From Armatimonadota bacterium (GTDB taxonomy: Bacteria > Armatimonadota > SYMT01), in NCBI GenBank assembly GCA_046292385.1, contig JBKBRF010000023.1, forward strand, positions 45,031 through 109,030: DNA of 64,000 nt, written 5' to 3'. The position numbers and the translations under genes are program-made. This document shows positions 39,320 through 47,922 of the stretch, one piece after another; position 1 is the stretch's first letter, and every line of letters begins with the position of its first letter. The notes beneath the pieces were generated by a model. That model was given only the letters and a program-made list of their open reading frames with translations, did not search any database and was not told where the DNA came from.

Positions 39320-42133
39320 ATGAAAGACCGGTACCTCTGCGCCTTCGAGCGGACGGGCGAATCGTCGTCCGGGCTCCTGGCGTTCTCCAGGCTCTACCCG
39401 CTGCCGGACGCGCGGTGGCGCCGCCGCTCCCGCGCCGGGATGCTGGCGCTCGTGATGGCGGCGGGAACGGTCGGTGCCGTCTCGGCAGCCCAACCCGCCC
39501 CGAAGGCGCAAGCCAAGCCCGCGCCGAAGAAGGCGGGCGAGGCGAAACCGGCCACTGCCCCCGCCCCCCAGCCGGGAGCCCCCGCCCCGGCCGGCGCGCC
39601 GAACCCGGGCCAGCCGATGCCGATGCCTGCACCGGGAGCGATGCCGACGCCGATGGGCAACAACGGCGAGAAGGCCCGGGCGGCGGTGGCGGGCCTGCCT
39701 CCCGGAATGATCAAGCTCGACTTCCGCGGCACCGACATCGACACGGTGCTGCACGCCTACTCGCTGGCGTACGGGTGGACGATCGTGAAGGATCCGTCGG
39801 TCTCCGGTCCGGTGACGATCATCGAGACGAACCCGCTCGACCAGAAGAAGGCGTTCCAGGTGCTGCAGGCGGTGCTCGACGTCCGCGGCTTCACGGCGAT
39901 GCTGGAGGACAACATCCTGAAGGTGATGCCGCTCAAGCGGGCGGTGACCTCCACGCGCAGCGTCCGCGTGCCCGCGCCGGACTCCCCTGCGCTGGACGGC
40001 AACCAGGTGGTGACGGAAGTGGTACCCCTCTCCAACGCGGAGGCGGCGAGCCTGGCCAAGGACCTCCAGCCGCTCCTCACCGACGGCGCGAACATCATCG
40101 GGGCGGCCGGGGCGAACGCGCTGATCATCACCGACGCCGCCAACAACATCGAGCGGCTCAAGACGATCATCAACTCGCTCGACAAGGGCGCGGGCAACAA
40201 CGAGCTCGAGATCTTCCGGCTCAAGCACGTCACCGCCAAGAAGATGACGCAGATCATCAACGACCTCTTCGGCAAGATCGCCCCGCGCGGCGGTGGCGGG
40301 CCGGCGCCGATGCCGGGCCAGCCGCAGCCGGTGGGTCCGGACGGCCGCCCGCTCAAGACCGGTCCCGACCCACGGCCCGCGGTGGCCGCCGTGGAAGACG
40401 AGCGAACCAACTCCGTCATCGTGGTCGGCTCGGAAGACAACCTGGCGCGGGTGAAAGAGATCGTGGAGAAGCTCGACAACGAGCTCAACCCGCACAACGA
40501 GACCCGCGTCTTCGAGCTGAAGTTCGCGAACGCGGCGGAAGTCGCCAAGCTGATCAACGACGCCCTGGTGGGGCGGGACGAGGGCCAGAACACCAACCGG
40601 CAGCCGAGCTTCGGCTTCTTCAACCCGTTCGGCGGCCAGCAGCAGCAGGAGCAGGCGCAGACCAGCTTTCAGGTCGGCGGCACCCGCATCGTCGCGGACA
40701 CCCGCACCAACAACCTCATTGTGACCGCGGACGAGGACACGATGAAGACGATCGAGGGGCTGCTGGAAGACCTCGACCGCGGGGTGGAGTACGAAACGAC
40801 CACCTTCTCGATCAAGCTGAAGAACGCGCACGCCGAGGACATGGCGTACGTGCTCTCCCAGGCCTTCGGCACCCAGCAGCAGAACCTCAATCCGTTCGGC
40901 TTCTTCGGCGGCTTCTTCGGCAACCAGGGTGCCGGGCGGGAGTCGAGGCGCGACCGCCGCATCCGACGCCGCGTGAACTCCAACGATCAGCGGACGGATG
41001 CCTCCCTCGGCGGCGACCTGCCCCGCACCGCCTTCGTACCCGATGACGGACGGGAGCTCATCGCGGACGCGAGCCGCCCGGAGATCCCGGAGGGCGCGCG
41101 CCAGCTGGCGCAGTTCTTCTACGACTACTACTATGGCGGCAACCGCCGCGGCTCCGACGCCACCACCGGCCGCACGTCGGACGGGCGCTACGTCAACCTG
41201 CTCCAGCTCCGGAACAACGTGCTGGTCACGCCGGAGCGGAATACGAACAGCCTGATCATCACCACCTCGCCGGAGAACGTGCAAGCGGTAAAGGACCTGA
41301 TCGCGGACCTCGACATCGAGGTGAAGCAGGTCCTGCTCGAAGCGATCGTCGCCGAAGTCACGCTCGACAACCAGCAGCGGTTCGGGGTCGAGTACCTCCT
41401 CGGCAACCTGCGAAACCAGATCCAGGGGGTGTTCCCGGTGCTGCCTGGCCGGGGTCCGATCAGCGCGGATCCGCTCGGCGCCGGCTTCCGCTACACCGTG
41501 ATCCGCGGCGACCTGACCGCGATGGTGACCGCCATCGGCCGGGACGAGCGGGTGCGGATTCTCTCCACGCCGCGGATCTTCACTTCCAACAACCAGGAAG
41601 CCGAGATCGACATTACGGACAGCATCCCCTACCTGGAGGGCAACTCGATCGGCTTCGGCGGCCAGGTCAGCACCAGCGTCGACTTCCTGAATGTGGGCCT
41701 GATCCTGAACGTCACCCCGCGCATCACCGAGGACGGGATGGTGACGGTCGACGTCTACCAGGAAGACAGCAACCTGATCGAGTTCCGCAACGTCGGGAAC
41801 GGCGCCGTGGCGCCGGTCACCACCCAGCGCGTCACCGACACCTCCGTGGCGCTGCGGGACGGGGACACGCTGGTGCTGAGCGGCCTGCAGCGGGAGTCTC
41901 AGACCCTGGTCCGCAACAAGATCCCGGTGCTGGGAGACATCCCGGTCCTCGGCAACCTGTTCCGGAACACGACCCGGCTGAAGAAGCGCACCGAGCTGGT
42001 GGTCTTCCTCACGCCGCGCGTGGTGAACAACTCCGACGAGGCGAGGGCGCTCTCCCAGCAAGAGCTGGACCGGATCCGCAAGACCCTGCCGGGAGTCCAG
42101 CCGAGCACGCCGGAAGCTCCGAGTAAGCCGTAG
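39320..42133 (+). CDS. gspD: Secretin GspD
   Basis: N0 plus repeated N-domains (D.RTN.LIV); QVLLEA.VAEV, ILSTP, IPVLGDIPVLGNLF and TELVVFLTPRVV; start uncertain. Confidence 0.93.
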   Translation: MKDRYLCAFERTGESSSGLLAFSRLYPLPDARWRRRSRAGMLALVMAAGTVGAVSAAQPAPKAQAKPAPKKAGEAKPATAPAPQPGAPAPAGAPNPGQPMPMPAPGAMPTPMGNNGEKARAAVAGLPPGMIKLDFRGTDIDTVLHAYSLAYGWTIVKDPSVSGPVTIIETNPLDQKKAFQVLQAVLDVRGFTAMLEDNILKVMPLKRAVTSTRSVRVPAPDSPALDGNQVVTEVVPLSNAEAASLAKDLQPLLTDGANIIGAAGANALIITDAANNIERLKTIINSLDKGAGNNELEIFRLKHVTAKKMTQIINDLFGKIAPRGGGGPAPMPGQPQPVGPDGRPLKTGPDPRPAVAAVEDERTNSVIVVGSEDNLARVKEIVEKLDNELNPHNETRVFELKFANAAEVAKLINDALVGRDEGQNTNRQPSFGFFNPFGGQQQQEQAQTSFQVGGTRIVADTRTNNLIVTADEDTMKTIEGLLEDLDRGVEYETTTFSIKLKNAHAEDMAYVLSQAFGTQQQNLNPFGFFGGFFGNQGAGRESRRDRRIRRRVNSNDQRTDASLGGDLPRTAFVPDDGRELIADASRPEIPEGARQLAQFFYDYYYGGNRRGSDATTGRTSDGRYVNLLQLRNNVLVTPERNTNSLIITTSPENVQAVKDLIADLDIEVKQVLLEAIVAEVTLDNQQRFGVEYLLGNLRNQIQGVFPVLPGRGPISADPLGAGFRYTVIRGDLTAMVTAIGRDERVRILSTPRIFTSNNQEAEIDITDSIPYLEGNSIGFGGQVSTSVDFLNVGLILNVTPRITEDGMVTVDVYQEDSNLIEFRNVGNGAVAPVTTQRVTDTSVALRDGDTLVLSGLQRESQTLVRNKIPVLGDIPVLGNLFRNTTRLKKRTELVVFLTPRVVNNSDEARALSQQELDRIRKTLPGVQPSTPEAPSKP

Positions 42134-42154
42134 CCAAAGGATGGATTGGCTTCT

Positions 42155-42207
42155 CCCGGGCGGTTGAAACCGCGGCAACAACAGCACGAAGTCCCCCTGC
42201 GGGGACT
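42155..42207. repeat. Divergent R1-type double hairpin
   Basis: GCGGTTGAAACCGC-GGCAAC-n-CGAAGTCCCCCTGCGGGGACT; same layout as R1 with different stem sequences. Confidence 0.6.
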
Positions 42208-42216
42208 GAAAAGAGC

Positions 42217-42255
42217 GGGGGCAGGCGTCCTGCGGGACGCCTGCCCCTTCGTTTT
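42217..42255 (+). terminator. Intrinsic terminator after gspD
   Basis: 13-bp GC stem GGGGCAGGCGTCC/GGACGCCTGCCCC followed by TTCGTTTT. Confidence 0.75.
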
Positions 42256-42398
42256 GCGTCTCACCCCTGGAGACCCCGTGAGCGATACCTCTATGTCCGT
42301 CGGACAGACGACTGCAGGGCTCTTCAGCATCCTTCGAGAAAGGGATCGTTGACGGGCCGTGGCCGTGTCTTCGTATGCCCACCAGATTGGCGTTAGCG

Positions 42399-43358
42399 AT
42401 GACTCCTGTTTATCTGACCGAAAGTGACGTAGACCGCCTGGTGACGATGGCGGATGCGATGGAGGTGGTGGAAGGTTGCTTCCGCCGCCAGGGCGCGGGC
42501 GCGGCGACGAACGAGCCGCGCCGACGGGCGCGGGTGCCGGGCGGGCTGCTCCACGTGATGTTCGCGGCCGATCCGGGCGCGGGCTACCTCGGGCTCAAGA
42601 GCTACACTACCTTCCGCGAGGGCAACCGCTTCCACGTGCTGCTCTACAGCGCGGAGGACGGGCGGCTCCTGGCGTTGATCGAGGCGGACCGGCTGGGCCA
42701 GCTTCGCACCGGCGCCGCTTCCGGCGTGGCGACCCGCCTGCTCGCGAGACCGGACGCGTCGGTCGCGACCGTATTCGGCACCGGCTGGCAGGCGCGCGCG
42801 CAGGTGGAAGCCCTCAGCTACGCGCGCAGCCTCTCCGAGATCCGGGTCTACGGGCGGGATGTCGACCGCCGCCAGGCATTCTCCAATGAGATGTCCGGAC
42901 GGCTGGGCCTGTGGGTGGTGCCGGCGGCGAGCCCGGAAGCCGCGCTGGACGGCGCGGACGTCGTGACCACGATCACCACCTCGGCGCGACCGGTCTTCGA
43001 CGGCTCCCTTCTGCAGCCGGGAGCACACGTGAACGCCGCGGGATCGAACTCGCTGCTTCGCGCGGAGATCGATGAGACCACCGTCTCGCGCTCCGACGTG
43101 GTGACCGTCGACAGCCTCGCGGCGGTCCCGCTGGAAGGCGGCGATCTCTTCCCCGCCATCCAGAAGGGAAGCCTCTATCCGGAGGCGCTGGTGGAGATCG
43201 GGAAGGTCGCCGCGGGTCTGCACCCCGGACGTACCAGCGCGGAGCAGATCACCCTCTTCAAATCGCACGGCATCGCGCTGGAGGACATCGCCCTCGCCGC
43301 GCGGGTCTACGAACGGGCCGTGGAACGGGGCGCCGGCTCTCCGCTCGGGAGCGCCTGA
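42399..43358 (+). CDS. Ornithine cyclodeaminase / mu-crystallin family protein
   Basis: LRTGAASGVAT, FGTGWQA, GAHVNAAGS and ITLFKS.G.ALED motifs. Confidence 0.92.
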   Translation: MTPVYLTESDVDRLVTMADAMEVVEGCFRRQGAGAATNEPRRRARVPGGLLHVMFAADPGAGYLGLKSYTTFREGNRFHVLLYSAEDGRLLALIEADRLGQLRTGAASGVATRLLARPDASVATVFGTGWQARAQVEALSYARSLSEIRVYGRDVDRRQAFSNEMSGRLGLWVVPAASPEAALDGADVVTTITTSARPVFDGSLLQPGAHVNAAGSNSLLRAEIDETTVSRSDVVTVDSLAAVPLEGGDLFPAIQKGSLYPEALVEIGKVAAGLHPGRTSAEQITLFKSHGIALEDIALAARVYERAVERGAGSPLGSA

Positions 43359-44020
43359 TGGCCGGGCGGGGTAGCGGCCTGCTCCAGACGGTGTGGGCCG
43401 GCACGCTCGACCTGCTCTTTCCCCCGCGCTGCCTGGTGTGCGATGCCCTGGCGGAGCCGTTCTGCGCGGAATGCCGGGGCGAGGTGCAGCCGGTCGGACC
43501 CGATGCGCTGCTGCCGCCGCTCCTGCGTGACGTCCGCAGCGCGGGCTACCACGCAGGCCCGCTCCGCAGCGCGGTGCTCCGCCTGAAGTTCGAGCGAAAG
43601 GTGGCGCTGCTCGATCCGCTGGCGGAGCTGCTCGCGGCGGAGCTGGAGTCCCACCTCCCCGCCTGGCGCGCCGACGCCCTGCTGCCGGTTCCGATCCACT
43701 GGCTCCGCCGGCTGGAGCGCGGCTTCAACCAGAGCGAGCTGCTGGCGGAGGAGGTCGCCCGGCGAACGGGGCTGCCGCTCTCTCGCGCGCTGCGGCGCGT
43801 CCGGAAGACGCCGCACCAGGTCGGCCTGCCGCGAGAACGCCGGCAGGAGAACCTCGTGGGAGCGTTTGCCGTTTCGCCCGGCGAGACGGTCGGCGGGCGG
43901 CGGTTCGTCCTGCTCGACGACGTCCGCACCACCGGCGCCACGCTGACGGAGTGCGCGCGAACCCTCCGCGCCGCCGGTGCCGAGGAAGTCTACGGCCTCA
44001 CCGTGACGTACGACGCGTAG
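43358..44020 (+). CDS. comF: ComF family protein (zinc ribbon + PRTase)
   Basis: FPPRC..C, PVP.H..R..ERGFNQ and LLDDV.TTGATL motifs. Confidence 0.92.
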   Translation: MAGRGSGLLQTVWAGTLDLLFPPRCLVCDALAEPFCAECRGEVQPVGPDALLPPLLRDVRSAGYHAGPLRSAVLRLKFERKVALLDPLAELLAAELESHLPAWRADALLPVPIHWLRRLERGFNQSELLAEEVARRTGLPLSRALRRVRKTPHQVGLPRERRQENLVGAFAVSPGETVGGRRFVLLDDVRTTGATLTECARTLRAAGAEEVYGLTVTYDA

Positions 44021-44062
44021 GCTTCCGGAAGAACACGATGCTGCGCGGAGATCGCCAACCCG

Positions 44063-44112
44063 CCCGCGAGTAAACTCGGGGCTACTGAGAGCGAAGCCCG
44101 CCTGCGCGGGCT
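44063..44112. repeat. REP-like element R1 with substituted first hairpin
   Basis: CCCGCGAGTAAACTCGGGG-CTAC-TGAGAGCGAAGCCCGCCTGCGCGGGCT. Confidence 0.8.
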
Positions 44113-44239
44113 GTCGAACCCGGTACTCGGAGCGCCTCGCCCGTTCCCATCAGGTTCCCTTCGCGTCTTTCGCCATCTTCGCGCCTTCGCGTTCGTTCGG
44201 AGCTACCCCCCGGCGAGGCTTCGCCCGTATACTGCTGTG

Positions 44240-45544
44240 ATGCACCGGAATCGGCTGACACGACGGGACTGGCTGCGCCTGGGGGCCGCGGCGGCGGCGC
44301 TGCCGCTGGCGGCGGGCTGTGACGCGCCTTCCGCGGACGGCGTGACGGAGATCCGCTACTGGACGGGCTGGACCGGGCACGAGCTTGACGTTCAGAAGCG
44401 GCTGGTGGCGGAGTTCAACCGTACGCATCCCGGCATCCGCGTCCGCATCCTTAGCGTCGCCAACGCCTACCAGAAGGTCCGGATCGCGTTTGCGGGCGGC
44501 GCCACGCCGGACGTTTGCTCCGCCGTGTGGGCGGACGAGCTGGCGGCCTACGCCATGCGCGGCGTGCTGCTGCCGCTGGACGAGTTTCTTCACGAGAGCG
44601 GGCGCTCGGGAGAAGAGTGGCTCCCGGGGCTCTGGCGGATGCTCCAGTACCGAAATCGCGCCCACGGCCTGGTGGTGACGACGAACGCCAGCTTCATCGT
44701 CTTCAACAAAGAGATCTTCCGCGAGGTAGGGCTCGACCCGGAGCGCCCGCCGCGAACCATCGAGGAGCTCGACGCAGCGGCCTGGGCCTGCACCCGGATC
44801 GAGCGGGACGGCTCGATGAGCCGCTACGGCCTCCGGCCGGCCGACCTGAACCGCTGGGCGTACTCCTTCGGCGGGCGCTGGGCGGATGAGGACGGGCAGC
44901 GGATCACCGCCAACCATCCGCGCAACGTGGAGGCGCTCCGGTGGATGGCGTCCTACGGGAAACGGTACGACGTGCGGCGGATGCAGTCGTTCGAGGAGAC
45001 GTTCGGGCGCAACACCGGCGCCAACGGTCCGTTCTTCACCGGCAAGGTGGCGATGTGGCAGACCGGCGAGTTCGCGCTGGAGCACCTGCGGCGCTACGCC
45101 CCGGACATGGAATGGGGCTGGTTCCCCTACCCGGCGCCCCCTACCGGCCGCGAGAACTGTGTTGTTACTGCCGGCGGCAGCGCCTTCGTCATCCCGGCGG
45201 CGACGAAGCACCCGCGGGAGGCGTGGACCTTCCTCGACTGGCTGACCCGGCCTCATGCCGTGGGAGAGTTCTGCGAGGGGATCGCCAACCTCCCCCCGCT
45301 GCGTTCTCTTGTCGGCTCGGAGCGGTTCCGGAAAGAGCCGCTGTTCCGGTTCGCCCTCGACCTGGCGGCGGGGGAGAACGTCTTCGGGCCGCCCGTCGTC
45401 CCGACCTGGCTCCGGTACAAGCAAGAGATCCAGCGGGCGGAAGAGTACGCCATCTTCGGCGGAGCCGATCCGCAGTCGCTGCTCGACGGCGTCCAGGCCC
45501 GGGTGGAACAAGACCTCGCTCGCGCCCTGCGTGAGGCCGCCTGA
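44240..45544 (+). CDS. Carbohydrate ABC transporter substrate-binding lipoprotein (Tat signal)
   Basis: TRRDWL, lipobox LAAGC, FNKEIF...GLDP..PP.T..EL and F.TGKVAM. Confidence 0.92.
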   Translation: MHRNRLTRRDWLRLGAAAAALPLAAGCDAPSADGVTEIRYWTGWTGHELDVQKRLVAEFNRTHPGIRVRILSVANAYQKVRIAFAGGATPDVCSAVWADELAAYAMRGVLLPLDEFLHESGRSGEEWLPGLWRMLQYRNRAHGLVVTTNASFIVFNKEIFREVGLDPERPPRTIEELDAAAWACTRIERDGSMSRYGLRPADLNRWAYSFGGRWADEDGQRITANHPRNVEALRWMASYGKRYDVRRMQSFEETFGRNTGANGPFFTGKVAMWQTGEFALEHLRRYAPDMEWGWFPYPAPPTGRENCVVTAGGSAFVIPAATKHPREAWTFLDWLTRPHAVGEFCEGIANLPPLRSLVGSERFRKEPLFRFALDLAAGENVFGPPVVPTWLRYKQEIQRAEEYAIFGGADPQSLLDGVQARVEQDLARALREAA

Positions 45545-45562
45545 ACCCGGCTCTGACCCCGT

Positions 45563-46495
45563 ATGACCGCTCCCCTTCTCCACTCTCCGAAGCGCCGCGC
45601 CTCCACCCGCAGCCGGCAGGACCTGCGCAACGGCCTCCTCTTCGCGGCGCCGTGGTTGCTCCACCTGGCAGTCTTTATCGCCTACCCGATCGCCGCCTCG
45701 CTTTACTACAGCTTCTGCTACTACGACGCGCTGCGACCGCCGCGGTGGGCCGGCCTGGAGAACTACCAGCGGCTCTTCTTCCAGGACCCGGTCTTCTGGC
45801 AGGCACTCTGGAACACGCTCTACCTGATCGCCTTCGGTCTCCCGATCGGCCTGGTGGCGAGCCTCGGCATCGCGCTCCTGATGAACCAGCGGCTGAAGGG
45901 CATCGAGCTCTACCGGACCGTCTTCTACCTGCCGAGCATCGTGCCGGTGGTCGCCACTTCCGTCCTCTGGCTCTGGCTGCTCAACCCGGACATGGGGCTG
46001 ATCAACCTGCTGCTGAAGCAGGTCGGGATCGCCGGGCCGGGCTGGCTGCAGGACCCCGGCTGGAGCAAGCCGGCGCTGATCCTGATGGGGCTCTGGGGCG
46101 CGGGCGGAGGGATGGTGATCTACCTGGCCGGGCTCCAGGACGTGCCGCAGGCGCTGTACGAGGCGGCGAGCCTGGACGGCGCCGGAAAGCTGGCGCAGCT
46201 CCGACACGTCACGCTGCCGATGATCAGCCCGGTGATCCTCTTCAACCTGATCATGGGGCTGATCGGAGCGTTCCAGTACTTCACGCAGGTCTACGTGATG
46301 ACCGGCGGCACGGGGCGCCCGCAGGACAGCACGCTGGTCTACGCGCTCTACCTCTTCAACTCGGCGTTCCTCGACTTCCGCATGGGCTATGCGTGCGCCA
46401 TGGCATGGGTGCTCTTCGTGGTGACGCTGCTCTGCGCGCTGGCGGTCTTCCGCACCTCCGCGAAGTGGGTCTACTACGGCGGAGAGGCGCGATGA
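45563..46495 (+). CDS. Carbohydrate ABC transporter permease
   Basis: GLENY, FYLPS and LYEAASLDGA motifs. Confidence 0.95.
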   Translation: MTAPLLHSPKRRASTRSRQDLRNGLLFAAPWLLHLAVFIAYPIAASLYYSFCYYDALRPPRWAGLENYQRLFFQDPVFWQALWNTLYLIAFGLPIGLVASLGIALLMNQRLKGIELYRTVFYLPSIVPVVATSVLWLWLLNPDMGLINLLLKQVGIAGPGWLQDPGWSKPALILMGLWGAGGGMVIYLAGLQDVPQALYEAASLDGAGKLAQLRHVTLPMISPVILFNLIMGLIGAFQYFTQVYVMTGGTGRPQDSTLVYALYLFNSAFLDFRMGYACAMAWVLFVVTLLCALAVFRTSAKWVYYGGEAR

Positions 46496-47325
46496 AGCCG
46501 AAGCTGCGCTGGCTCGGGGTGCTGGGCAGTCACGCCGCGCTGGTGGCGCTGGGCGCGCTCTTCTTTCTGCCGTTCTTCTGGCTCGTGAGCACCAGCTTGA
46601 AGGCAGACGCGGAGCTCTTCTCCGCGGAGATGGTCTGGCTCCCGGCGCGGCCGCAGTGGCAGAACTACCGGGAAGCGGTGCGATACATCCCGTTCTTTCT
46701 CTTTCTGAAGAACACGCTGGTGATCTGCGCGCTGAGCGTGGTGGGGACCGTCTTCTCGTCGTCGCTCGTCGCCTACAGCTTCAGCCGCATCCGCTGGCCC
46801 GGACGGGACGCCCTCTTCGTGCTGCTGCTGGCGACGATGATGCTCCCGGCCCAGGTGACGATGATCCCGGTCTTCTCGATCTTCCGCGCGCTTGGGTGGG
46901 TCGATACGATCCTGCCGCTGGTGGTGCCGACCTTCCTCGGTACCGCCTTCTTCATCTTCATGCTGCGGCAGTTCTTCCTCTCGATCCCGCACGAGCTCTC
47001 CGACGCGGCCCGGATCGACGGCTGCTCCGAGTGGGACATCTACCGCCGCGTGGTGATGCCGCTCTCTCGCCCGGCGCTCGCCACGGTGGGGCTCTTCACC
47101 TTCATCGCGGCGTGGAACGACTTCGCCGGGCCCCTGCTCTACCTGAACGACGAGCGGAAGGCGACGCTCTCCCTCGGGCTGCAGCAGTTCGTGACGCAGC
47201 ACGGCACCGAGTGGTCGCTCCTGATGGCCGCCTCCACGCTGATGACGATCCCGATCATCGTGCTCTTCTTCCTGGCGCAGCGGACCTTCATCCAGGGCAT
47301 TACCCTCACCGGGATCAAGGGGTAG
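46492..47325 (+). CDS. Carbohydrate ABC transporter permease
   Basis: STSLK, LRQFF.SIP.EL.DAARIDG and WNDF motifs; ATGA overlap. Confidence 0.95.
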   Translation: MKPKLRWLGVLGSHAALVALGALFFLPFFWLVSTSLKADAELFSAEMVWLPARPQWQNYREAVRYIPFFLFLKNTLVICALSVVGTVFSSSLVAYSFSRIRWPGRDALFVLLLATMMLPAQVTMIPVFSIFRALGWVDTILPLVVPTFLGTAFFIFMLRQFFLSIPHELSDAARIDGCSEWDIYRRVVMPLSRPALATVGLFTFIAAWNDFAGPLLYLNDERKATLSLGLQQFVTQHGTEWSLLMAASTLMTIPIIVLFFLAQRTFIQGITLTGIKG

Positions 47326-47604
47326 AGCGCGGCCGGTCGGAGCCCTGCCGGACGGGAGACGGACGAGAGTGTCTCCGGGCGAGGCCTCCCGTCTCCGCCC
47401 GAACGTCAAGCGATATGCCTCTCCTTTCGTTCGGAGAAAGGGGACTCGCGTGCAGCTCCCTTCCTGGTGTATACTGGCGCCAAACTGGAAAGAAGCTTGG
47501 TGGGAACGGCCCGCCCACCCGGGCAGCGCCGCGCGATGGTTTGGCAGTCGCGGTGGTGCCCCTTCTGTTGTGAGTCGAGGGCCTTAGGAGTAAGTGGCGA
47601 GCCT

Positions 47605-47823
47605 ATGCCGCGTGAAGACATGATTACGGTCGAGGGGACGGTGGTGCAGCGTCTCCCCGCCGCGGAATTCAAGATCGAGCTGACCACCGGGCACACCATC
47701 ACCGGGTACCTCTCCGGCAAGACCCGGCGCAATTTCATTCGCATCCTGCAGGGCGATAAGGTGCGGGTGGAGATGTCTCCGTACGACCTCACCCGAGGCC
47801 GCATCGTCTACCGGCTGAAGTAG
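47605..47823 (+). CDS. infA: Translation initiation factor IF-1
   Basis: 72 aa; [38 protein letters not shown]. Confidence 0.97.
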   Translation: MPREDMITVEGTVVQRLPAAEFKIELTTGHTITGYLSGKTRRNFIRILQGDKVRVEMSPYDLTRGRIVYRLK

Positions 47824-47922
47824 CGCGGGCAGCTTCGGTCCGGTCCCCGCGCACGGCTCTCGGCCCCGCCGAACCGCGCGCTCGTCCCCCACCGCCCGCA
47901 CCCACTCGATCGGGAGGTTGGC

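Noticed and set aside
39293..42382. 1029-aa antisense ORF and other long shadow ORFs (e.g. 47962-50091, 44150-46207, 9959-11767, 19654-21696)
   Set aside because: They are antisense or off-frame to well-supported genes, are expected in high-GC DNA and show no motifs.
43358..44020. comF as part of the secretion cluster (DNA-uptake system)
   Set aside because: It is separated by a terminator and coupled to the cyclodeaminase gene, and there is no comEA/comEC/pilT in the window.
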